This document shows, in pieces, positions 1-6,810 of a stretch of 32,000 bases of DNA. How positions within the stretch are numbered: position 1 is the stretch's first letter; each line of letters starts with the position of its first letter. Source of the DNA: Erysipelotrichaceae bacterium OH741_COT-311 (GTDB lineage Bacteria > Bacillota_I > Bacilli_A > Erysipelotrichales > Erysipelotrichaceae); contig RQZE01000007.1 of NCBI GenBank assembly GCA_003858585.1, forward strand, positions 1 through 32,000, written 5' to 3'. A program made the position numbers and the translations under genes. Under the pieces are notes generated by a model, which was given only the letters and a program-made list of their open reading frames with translations, made no database searches and was not told where the DNA came from.

Positions 1-90
1 TACGATCGCAATTAAAGCTAAGATTAGACCGTATTCTACTAATCCTTGTCCACTTTCTTCTTGTGTGAACCAATTTAATAATTTAGTCAT
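1..90 (-). CDS. Flp family type IVb pilin, copy 1 (N-terminal part only; 3' end is off the left edge)
   Basis: ATG at 90..88 preceded by GGGAGG. Translates MTKLLNWFTQEESGQGLVEYGLILALIAIV..., with the Flp prepilin motif G/XXXXEY followed by a hydrophobic helix. Confidence 0.8.
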   Translation of the reverse strand, partial: MTKLLNWFTQEESGQGLVEYGLILALIAIV

Positions 91-139
91 TTCTTTTTCC
101 TCCCTCATTTTATTCTTATACTTTACAAATTTTATACCA

Positions 140-307
140 TTAAGCAGGTAATGTATTTTCAATCTTATTGAATAATCCTTGTAATTTTCCGCCAACTGCT
201 GACATTGCTGCGATTACTACGATTGCAATTAAAGCCAAGATTAGACCATATTCTACTAATCCTTGTCCACTTTCTTCTTGTGTGAACCAATTTAATAATT
301 TAGTCAT
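140..307 (-). CDS. Flp family type IVb pilin, copy 2 (55 aa)
   Basis: Hand translation from ATG 307..305 to TAA 142..140 gives MTKLLNWFTQEESGQGLVEYGLILALIAIVVIAAMSAVGGKLQGLFNKIENTLPA. GGAG RBS upstream. Too short for the ORF track. Confidence 0.85.
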   Translation of the reverse strand: MTKLLNWFTQEESGQGLVEYGLILALIAIVVIAAMSAVGGKLQGLFNKIENTLPA

Positions 308-346
308 TTCTTTTTTCTCCTTTTCTAGTTACTAAACATTCTACCC

Positions 347-374
347 ACCTGCTAAATCTTATGGATTAGCAGGT
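347..374 (-). other. Intercistronic RNA hairpin (9-bp stem, 10-nt loop) between flp copy 3 and copy 2
   Basis: acctgctaa (347..355) is the exact reverse complement of ttagcaggt (366..374). On the minus strand no U-tract follows, so it is not a canonical terminator. Confidence 0.5.
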
Positions 375-521
375 AATGTTGATTCAATCTTATTAAATAA
401 TTTTGTTAGTTTTCCACCAACCAACAATTACTACGATTGCAATTAAAGCTAAGATCAGACCATATTCTACTAATCCTTGTCCACTTTCTTCTTGCGTGAA
501 CCAATTTAATAATTTAGTCAT
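359..521 (-). pseudogene. Flp pilin copy 3, frame-disrupted. As written it encodes a 42-aa product (393..521); the ancestral frame would end at 359.
   Basis: From ATG 521..519 it reads MTKLLNWFTQEESGQGLVEYGLILALIAIVVIVGWWKTNKII then TAA at 395..393. Aligned to copy 2, the segment is a net 11 nt shorter (59 vs 70 nt between conserved anchors). Downstream, the shifted frame still reads VGGKLTKLFNKIESTLPANP-stop, homologous to the copy 2 C-terminus. Confidence 0.55.
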
Positions 522-553
522 TTCTTTTTCTCCTTTCTTTAATAGTAATTCAA

Positions 554-727
554 CTATTTAATTGCGTTATTGATATTTGAAGCAATAACATCTGTATACA
601 TGTTGTCAATTTTTCCAGATACCAACGTCATTGCAACAACAACCGCCAAAAATATCAGCCCTAAAATTAAAGCATATTCAACTAATCCTTGACCCTTTTC
701 ACATTTCAATTGCCTCATTTTAATCAT
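554..727 (-). CDS. Flp family type IVb pilin, copy 4 (divergent, 57 aa)
   Basis: Internal ATG at 727..725 preceded by GGGGAGG with about 8 nt spacing. Product is MIKMRQLKCEKGQGLVEYALILGLIFLAVVVAMTLVSGKIDNMYTDVIASNINNAIK, carrying GQGLVEY plus a hydrophobic helix. The longer track ORF (to 799) overlaps the peptidase gene. Confidence 0.8.
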   Translation of the reverse strand: MIKMRQLKCEKGQGLVEYALILGLIFLAVVVAMTLVSGKIDNMYTDVIASNINNAIK

Positions 728-758
728 AAAAATGACCTCCCCAATCCCTATATTTTGA

Positions 759-1430
759 TTAAAATATAATTGACTCAATAAATTTAGAAAAAATACCAAT
801 CAAAATCCCTAAATATATAAAACCAGCCATTGGTAAATAGGAATAAAAGGTTATTTTCTTTAAAATTGCACCTATAAAAATATACAACAACATAGAAACC
901 GCAATTCCAAATACGGCATACATGATACCTGGATAAGAAACAATCATCGCCATTGCCATAAGAAGCTTTAAGTCACCCGCTCCTACCGGAACCATTCCTT
1001 TAGAAAACATCTTAGAAACAACATACGACAATGCGAATATAAGAATTGTTCCTACCACACAAATCAACCCAACGAATATTTGATTAAGACCACCAGATAT
1101 AAAACGAAGTATTAATCCTAAAACAAATAATACAATAACCATTTCATTGGGTATAATTCTTATACGATTATCAACAAGTGTCCCCACACATGCCATAAAT
1201 CCAATAAGAATTACGATACTCATAGGTAATAGTTCATAATGTGTTTGTGCAAGATACGTCACTCCACAACCAACTATGAAACAAATCAATCGATAGAAGA
1301 CTATGCTATATGCTCGATCTTCTAATGCTTTTGTTCTTTGTCTTTGCTTGTATTCAACAACTGCCTCAACAACCATTGGAGCCAACACAGCATAAACACA
1401 TGCAATCAAAAGAGATAGTATATATTTCAT
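759..1430 (-). CDS. A24-family prepilin peptidase (TadV/CpaA-like)
   Basis: Polytopic membrane protein with both Asp motifs (LVDNRIRIIPNE and VGAGDLKLLMAM). Start moved to the ATG at 1430 (MKYILSLL...), which is preceded by AGGAG. Sits directly upstream of the flp genes. Confidence 0.8.
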   Translation of the reverse strand: MKYILSLLIACVYAVLAPMVVEAVVEYKQRQRTKALEDRAYSIVFYRLICFIVGCGVTYLAQTHYELLPMSIVILIGFMACVGTLVDNRIRIIPNEMVIVLFVLGLILRFISGGLNQIFVGLICVVGTILIFALSYVVSKMFSKGMVPVGAGDLKLLMAMAMIVSYPGIMYAVFGIAVSMLLYIFIGAILKKITFYSYLPMAGFIYLGILIGIFSKFIESIIF

Positions 1431-1571
1431 AATAACTCCTACATGTTCATTCTTATAATAACACTTAATAACATAAACTACAATTACTTTTTTCAAAAAA
1501 ATGTGATAAAAAAGTGTTTTTTTGATAAATTTTCACTTAATTTACCATTTTTATCAAGAAAATATAACAAA

Positions 1572-1587
1572 TTAGTAAATTTACTAA
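1572..1587. promoter_or_regulatory. Perfect 16-bp palindrome TTAGTAAATTTACTAA, candidate operator upstream of the peptidase/flp genes
   Basis: ttagtaaa and tttactaa are exact reverse complements. Lies in the 1497..1610 intergenic region, about 145 nt upstream of the peptidase start. Confidence 0.3.
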
Positions 1588-1610
1588 ATAAATTGTGTGA
1601 TAAATAAGCA

Positions 1611-1640
1611 TTAAAAAGTAGTATATACTCATATACTACT
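1611..1640 (-). terminator. Rho-independent terminator after yneF
   Basis: 10-bp perfect stem agtagtatat (1617..1626) / atatactact (1631..1640) with a 4-nt loop. On the minus strand UUUUU follows (A-run 1613..1617). Confidence 0.75.
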
Positions 1641-1651
1641 TCATAAACGAT

Positions 1652-1867
1652 TTAATTTTGCCCCATTGATTTCATCACTTGTCTGATTTGTGCTTCACTT
1701 GGTTTACGTCCCATTTGCATAAACATTGCACGAATCATTTTTTCATTTACAGGTGGATTCTTCTTAATATATGATTCCATATATCTTCTAGTGAAATAAA
1801 ACCCTAAACCTCCACCAACTAATAATCCTACAATTAAGCTTAATAATCCCGTCCAAAATTGATTCAT
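1652..1867 (-). CDS. yneF: UPF0154 family small membrane protein (YneF-like)
   Basis: MNQFWTGLLSLIVGLLVGGGLGFYFTRRYMESYIKKNPPVNEKMIRAMFMQMGRKPSEAQIRQVMKSM has one TM helix plus the conserved KKNPP..E.M.R.M..QMG.KPS pattern. Start set at the internal ATG at 1867. Confidence 0.7.
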   Translation of the reverse strand: MNQFWTGLLSLIVGLLVGGGLGFYFTRRYMESYIKKNPPVNEKMIRAMFMQMGRKPSEAQIRQVMKSMGQN

Positions 1868-1930
1868 CCTACACCATCCTTTGCAATTTTTATATATCAA
1901 TAATAACTAATTTTATTACAATAATCAACT

Positions 1931-2083
1931 AAAGCCCAGAAACGATATTATCCTACTGTATGTGTAGGTGGGTATCCTGTAATATGCATTAGGATTCTTA
2001 TTCCAGATAAGCTTTCAACACCACATCTTAACAATCGGATTCCCTTATATCAAAATGTAAGAAATATATTTTATCCTGGGCAC
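1931..2083 (-). ncRNA. ssrS: Candidate 6S RNA (about 150 nt) immediately downstream of aspS
   Basis: Hand fold. Closing stem GCCCAG (2081..2076) pairs with CUGGGC (1939..1934). It extends through AUAUU/AAUAU (2067..2063 with 1945..1949) and UCUUAC/GUAGGA (2062..2057 with 1951..1956). An internal bubble of 12 nt (2056..2045) faces 13 nt (1969..1957). An inner stem GGGAAUCC/GGAUACCC (2044..2037 with 1970..1977) leads to an apical domain. TATAAT at 2094..2089 sits about 7 nt before the 5' end. B. subtilis 6S-1 (bsrA) also lies next to aspS. Confidence 0.55.
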
Positions 2084-2127
2084 TATTTATTATAACTATA
2101 TTTTTTAAAAAAACTAGTATTGACAAT

Positions 2128-3864
2128 TTATTTTATTGTTATACCTAATTCACTCAATTGTTTTTCATCTACAACATTTGGAGCTTCACTCATCAAATCG
2201 CTTGCACTTGCTGTTTTAGGAAACGCCACCACATCTCGAATGTTATCGGTATCAGCAAGAATCATAATTAAACGTTCCAATCCAATGCCTACTCCACCAT
2301 GAGGAGGTGCACCATATTTAAAGGCATCAATAAACCAACCAAATTTCTCTTGGGCTTGTTCCATAGTTAAACCAATCGCTTCAAACACCTTCTTTTGTGT
2401 TTCTTCATCATGAATACGAATTGATCCCGACAATAATTCATAACCATTTAACACTAAATCATATGCTCTAGAATAACAATTCCCTTTATCATTTAACAGC
2501 TTATCAACGTCTTCTTTATTTGGAGCTGTAAATGGATGATGTGCTGCAACATAGCGACTTTCTTCTTCAACATACTCAAACATCGGGAAGTTTGTAATCC
2601 ACATAAAATTAAATTTATTTTCATCAATTAACTGTAAATCCTTAGCTAATTTATTTCTTAAAGCACCTAAGGATTGTTTAACGACAGTATATTTATCCGC
2701 AACAATAAGTAATAAATCATTTTCTTTAACATCCAGCTGTTTCATTAATGCAGACTTTTCTTCCTCACTAATTGCTTTTGCGATCGAACCTGTTACTTCA
2801 CCATTTTGATATTTCAAAAATGACAATGCTTTTGCTTTATACACCTTAACAAAATCTTGTAATTTATCTAAGTCTTTTCTCGAAAATTTATCGGCAGCAT
2901 TTTCAACTTTAATTGCATTAATAATACCATGTTCATTTAAAATCATTTTAAAAATACTAAACTCTGTATTGGTGAACACATTTGAAATATCATTTAAAAA
3001 CAATTCGAAACGTGTATCCGGCTTATCACTACCATACATTTCCATAGCTTCTTTATATGTCATCCGAGCAAAACGATCCAAATCAACATTTTTTGTTTGT
3101 TTAAATATAGTTTGCATTAAACCTTCAACAATTGCCCAAACATCTTCTTCCTCCACAAAAGACATTTCAATATCAATTTGTGTAAATTCAGGTTGACGAT
3201 CCGCTCTTAAGTCTTCATCACGAAAACAGCGAGCAATTTGGAAGTAGCGTTCCATTCCAGCAACCATCAATAACTGCTTATAAATTTGAGGAGATTGTGG
3301 TAAAGCATAAAATTGCCCTTTACTAATCCGAGATGGAACCAAATAATCTCTTGCCCCTTCTGGGGTTGATTTACATAGAATTGGCGTTTCTATTTCTATA
3401 AAACCTTTTTTTGATAAGAAATTTCTTGTAATTAAAGCAACTTGATGACGTAACATTAAATTTGCTTGTAAAGGTGCTCTTCTTAAATCTAAATAGCGAT
3501 ATTTTAATCTCGTATCTTCCAAAGCATCACTTTGATCAGCAATAATGATAGGTGTTGTTTCAGCTTTATTAATAATTTTAACACTTTGCGCCAAGACTTC
3601 AATCTGACCTGTCTTTAATTTTGGATTAGCTACTTCTTTCGCTTTTACAACCCCTTCTACTTCAAGTATATATTCATTTCTAACATCCTTAATTGACTCT
3701 GCTAAATCTTCATTAAATGTAACTTGTGTAATACCATAACGATCTCTTAAATCAATAAAACAAATACTACCTAAGTTTCTACGCTTACTAACCCAACCAA
3801 TTAGACTTACTTTTTCATCTACATGATTTAAATTTAATTCCCCATTATTATGTGTTCTTTTCAT
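2128..3864 (-). CDS. aspS: Aspartate--tRNA ligase
   Basis: 578 aa with bacterial-type AspRS motifs (FYALPQSPQ, FRDEDLRADRQPEFTQ, GGVGIGLERL). Follows hisS by 3 nt. Confidence 0.95.
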   Translation of the reverse strand: MKRTHNNGELNLNHVDEKVSLIGWVSKRRNLGSICFIDLRDRYGITQVTFNEDLAESIKDVRNEYILEVEGVVKAKEVANPKLKTGQIEVLAQSVKIINKAETTPIIIADQSDALEDTRLKYRYLDLRRAPLQANLMLRHQVALITRNFLSKKGFIEIETPILCKSTPEGARDYLVPSRISKGQFYALPQSPQIYKQLLMVAGMERYFQIARCFRDEDLRADRQPEFTQIDIEMSFVEEEDVWAIVEGLMQTIFKQTKNVDLDRFARMTYKEAMEMYGSDKPDTRFELFLNDISNVFTNTEFSIFKMILNEHGIINAIKVENAADKFSRKDLDKLQDFVKVYKAKALSFLKYQNGEVTGSIAKAISEEEKSALMKQLDVKENDLLLIVADKYTVVKQSLGALRNKLAKDLQLIDENKFNFMWITNFPMFEYVEEESRYVAAHHPFTAPNKEDVDKLLNDKGNCYSRAYDLVLNGYELLSGSIRIHDEETQKKVFEAIGLTMEQAQEKFGWFIDAFKYGAPPHGGVGIGLERLIMILADTDNIRDVVAFPKTASASDLMSEAPNVVDEKQLSELGITIK

Positions 3865-3867
3865 ACT

Positions 3868-5169
3868 CTATTCCTTTCCGCATTGGCATCCTTCGTGACA
3901 CTCTTCAAAAAAATGATCTACATAGTGTATTAACTCATCAATGTCACATTGAAGTTGTTTTTGAGATGCAATATCTTTTACACTAACTTTATGCTCCTTA
4001 AGTTCATCCTGACCAACAATAACGACCACCTTAGCCTTAAAACGATCAACCGACTTAAATTGAGCTTTGAGACTTCTAGGTTCAATATTATATTCGGTAT
4101 AGTATCCATTTGCTCGTAATTGACTTGTTACAACAAGTGGAACATTTCCTACTTCACCTAAACTCATTACATAAACATCCGCTTCTACATGTTTATTTAA
4201 ATCAACTTGTTCTGCTTCAGCAAGAATCAAAAGACGCTCCATTCCAATGGCAAATCCAACACCACTTAAACTTGGTCCACCAAAATATTCCACCATACCA
4301 TCATATCGTCCGCCACCAAAAATAGTAGCCTGTGCTCCACTTTCAGGGTGTGTGCTTACTACTTCAAAAACAGTATGCGTATAATAGTCCAACCCCCTTA
4401 CTAAGCTTGGTTCTACTTCATAAGGAATATCCAAAGCATCTAATGCCTGTTTTACTTCATTAAAGTATTGTTTTGACTCTTCCGTTAAGTAGTCATCCAT
4501 CTTTGGTGCATGTTTAATACTTTCTTTTTCATGATCTATCTTACAATCTAAAATTCTTAGGGGATTCACTTCATATCGACGTTTACAATCACTACATAAA
4601 TTATGTTGCTCCTCTTTAAAGTGTTCACGTAAAGCAATATCATAGTTTTTACGAGATGTTTCATCTCCCAAAGTATTAATCAATACCTTCACATGACTTA
4701 ATCCCAAGGCTTTTACCACACTATATCCTAAAGCAATTGTCTCTGCATCAACTAGCGGAGATTTCAGCCCAATATTTTCAACCCCAAATTGATGGAATTG
4801 TCTTTGACGTCCTTTTTGCGGTCTTTCATATCGAAACATCGGTCCAACATAATACAATTTAGCTGGTAATTCTTGATTTCCATACATCTTATGTTGCACA
4901 AAGCTTCTTACAACGCCTGCTGTCCCTTCCGGTCTTAATGTTAAAGAATCAACTCCATTTTTACTAAAGGTATACATCTCCTTTGTTACCATATCACTTG
5001 TATCATGTTCACGTTTAAAAACACCTGTATCTTCAAACATAGGTGTTTGTATTTCTTTATACCCATATACAAAACACATATCATCAATGAGTTTACGTAT
5101 AGTTTGCCACTTACCAATTTCATTCGGCAATAAATCTACTGTTCCTCGAGCATTTTGATATTTTTTCAT
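3868..5169 (-). CDS. hisS: Histidine--tRNA ligase
   Basis: 433 aa with class II HisRS motifs (LRPEGTAGVVR, FRYERPQKGRQRQFHQ, GGGRYDG) and a C-terminal Cys-rich tail. Confidence 0.95.
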   Translation of the reverse strand: MKKYQNARGTVDLLPNEIGKWQTIRKLIDDMCFVYGYKEIQTPMFEDTGVFKREHDTSDMVTKEMYTFSKNGVDSLTLRPEGTAGVVRSFVQHKMYGNQELPAKLYYVGPMFRYERPQKGRQRQFHQFGVENIGLKSPLVDAETIALGYSVVKALGLSHVKVLINTLGDETSRKNYDIALREHFKEEQHNLCSDCKRRYEVNPLRILDCKIDHEKESIKHAPKMDDYLTEESKQYFNEVKQALDALDIPYEVEPSLVRGLDYYTHTVFEVVSTHPESGAQATIFGGGRYDGMVEYFGGPSLSGVGFAIGMERLLILAEAEQVDLNKHVEADVYVMSLGEVGNVPLVVTSQLRANGYYTEYNIEPRSLKAQFKSVDRFKAKVVVIVGQDELKEHKVSVKDIASQKQLQCDIDELIHYVDHFFEECHEGCQCGKE

Positions 5170-5195
5170 AAAATCCTCCTAAAATAACCTATCTT

Positions 5196-5223
5196 ATTTT
5201 ATCATTAATCCCTCTTTTAGCAA
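5196..5223 (-). promoter_or_regulatory. Putative sigma-A promoter of hisS-aspS (TTGCTA, 16 nt, TAAAAT)
   Basis: On the minus strand the -35 TTGCTA is at 5223..5218 and the -10 TAAAAT at 5201..5196. The implied leader is about 20 nt and contains AGGAGG. Confidence 0.35.
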
Positions 5224-5252
5224 ATAAAAAGATATAGTTTTAAACTATATCT
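5222..5252 (-). terminator. Rho-independent terminator after the second lipoprotein gene
   Basis: Palindrome agatatagttt / aaactatatct (5230..5252). On the minus strand UUUUUAUUU follows. It overlaps the stop codon. Confidence 0.75.
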
Positions 5253-6033
5253 ATTGGTTTAATTCTACTCCACTTGAATTCATTTCCGTATTTATTTCTA
5301 AAGCATCTTCGAATATATTTTCTTCTAGGTATTCATCTACATCATGCGGAAGTTGAACTTTTGTATTATTAATATCACTAAATGTTAAACTACCTTTAAA
5401 TTTAATACGCTCCAACATATTTCCGGTGTATTCTGAACCACCTGAAATATTGAAATCAAATTCAATGCTACGCAATTGAAAATCTGGTCCAACAATAAAT
5501 TTAAAACGTGTTTTTTTAGCTTTTATTCCATAATCCATAGAACTAAAATCATTATTTCGTTCATATTTTTCATATTCTTTCATAACAGAATCAACATTTA
5601 AATCTGCTGAAATGATATAATTTCCATCTTTTTTAGTTGTTTTAATATTCTTGAAATAATTCTTTAAATTAAAGTTAAAATTTTCAAAATTAAGAGCTTC
5701 ATAAACATCATAGTTTTCTTCGTAATTTACTTTTTGCTTTACCTTATCAATAGAATCATAAGTATACAAATATCCATCTTTATATAAGACTTCATAGTTC
5801 ATAAATAAAAACGTTAGACTTCCTGAAAAATCACGATCTTCTAGATTGTGTTTTAGTATTCCGGTAGCTGCCATTTCAATTCCATTACCTACATCTACCT
5901 TTGTCTCTAATTCTACTGTAACACTTTTAGCAACATATAGATTCTTCAGTGCCTTATTCATAACATCTTTTGCATTAAAAGAACTACACCCGACCAAAAA
6001 CAACGTCACAAGTATTAATCCTAGTTTTTTCAT
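5251..6033 (-). CDS. Putative lipoprotein (paralog B)
   Basis: Signal peptide with lipobox MKKLGLILVTLFLVGC. Shares blocks with the neighbouring 241-aa protein (YKDGYLY, FKNIKTTKKDGNYII, LTFSDINNTKVQLP). Confidence 0.7.
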   Translation of the reverse strand: MKKLGLILVTLFLVGCSSFNAKDVMNKALKNLYVAKSVTVELETKVDVGNGIEMAATGILKHNLEDRDFSGSLTFLFMNYEVLYKDGYLYTYDSIDKVKQKVNYEENYDVYEALNFENFNFNLKNYFKNIKTTKKDGNYIISADLNVDSVMKEYEKYERNNDFSSMDYGIKAKKTRFKFIVGPDFQLRSIEFDFNISGGSEYTGNMLERIKFKGSLTFSDINNTKVQLPHDVDEYLEENIFEDALEINTEMNSSGVELNQ

Positions 6034-6057
6034 ATTCTACCCCTTTTCTATACAAGC

Positions 6058-6783
6058 TTATCCTGCTGGATTAATTTCTTCAAATTCATCTAAGTTTGTT
6101 GGTAATGTAAATTCTGTTGTATTGATGTCCGACACTGTAAGATCCATCTTCATTTTCATAGGTATTTTTAGACCCATTTGTTCAATAGTCATTTCAAAAT
6201 CCATTTTATAATTTGTAGCATAATAATCCTTATTGACTATCATTTCAATATTCCCTTTTTTAAAGTCAATATTAACATCTTCTGATGCAAACTCAGGTCT
6301 TGTTTCTCTTAAGTACTTCAACATAAGATCTTTATTTAATTGTGTTTTAATAACATAATTTTCACCTGATTTTGTTACTTTAGCATTTTTAAAAAATTCA
6401 GCATCAAAATTTGTTGATAGCATACTTCCTTCACTGATTTGTTTAAATTCTTCAAAATCCGTTTTCATTTTGTATTTTAAACCAGCTGTTTCAATATATG
6501 AATAACCATCTATATAAAAGGTTTTCATCGTTTCACCTAACAAGTCAAATTCTCCAACATAAGTAATTGGATTATGTGTCTCTTTTGTATATCCTTTAAT
6601 TGTAATACTATGACTGTCTCCTTCACCTTCTAATTCTGTTGTTAAGTTGATATGAGCCGTACTACTTTCAATTCCTTTTGCATTTTCAGCTACTTTTCGA
6701 TAAATTTCTATCGCACTTTCTTTTGGGGTATTAGTACAAGCAACCAATAATACAACACTTAATAAAATAAATAATTTTTTCAT
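6058..6783 (-). CDS. Putative lipoprotein (paralog A)
   Basis: Lipobox MKKLFILLSVVLLVAC. Conserved blocks shared with paralog B (YIDGYSY, FKNAKVTKSGENYVI, LTVSDINTTEFTLP). Starts 27 nt after the rel stop with no terminator between. Confidence 0.7.
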   Translation of the reverse strand: MKKLFILLSVVLLVACTNTPKESAIEIYRKVAENAKGIESSTAHINLTTELEGEGDSHSITIKGYTKETHNPITYVGEFDLLGETMKTFYIDGYSYIETAGLKYKMKTDFEEFKQISEGSMLSTNFDAEFFKNAKVTKSGENYVIKTQLNKDLMLKYLRETRPEFASEDVNIDFKKGNIEMIVNKDYYATNYKMDFEMTIEQMGLKIPMKMKMDLTVSDINTTEFTLPTNLDEFEEINPAG

Positions 6784-6810
6784 ATTATTCTCCTTCTATC
6801 ACTATCTTAT

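Larger units (their letters stand above)
1..521 (-). repeat. Tandem ~215-bp repeat unit (three copies) comprising RBS plus the 5' half of flp pilin genes
   Basis: Segments 1..90, 218..307 and 432..521 align without gaps, with about 3 mismatches per 90 nt. The start codons at 90, 307 and 521 give a period of 217/214 bp. The 3' parts of each unit diverge. Confidence 0.9.

Noticed and set aside
1-540. Regularly spaced repeats that could be mistaken for a CRISPR-like or satellite array
   Set aside because: The repeated unit is about 215 bp and consists of an RBS plus the 5' half of an ORF with a clear Flp prepilin motif. There is no short repeat/spacer organisation.
554-799. 81-aa version of the ORF as given in the track
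   Set aside because: The N-terminal 24 codons overlap the 3' end of the peptidase gene and lack an RBS. The internal ATG at 727 has GGGGAGG upstream and yields a typical 57-aa Flp prepilin.
2121-2126. Perfect TTGACA hexamer on the plus strand just inside or after the aspS stop
   Set aside because: No acceptable -10 element lies 16-18 nt downstream, and there is no plus-strand gene to drive. The same bases read TTGTCA on the minus strand, but 26 nt from the TATAAT, too far to act as its -35.
5170-5250. Expected T-box riboswitch upstream of hisS
   Set aside because: The interval is far too short (81 nt, about 30 of it a terminator for the upstream gene). I see no specifier loop/T-box sequence architecture. 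Reported as an absence in the findings.
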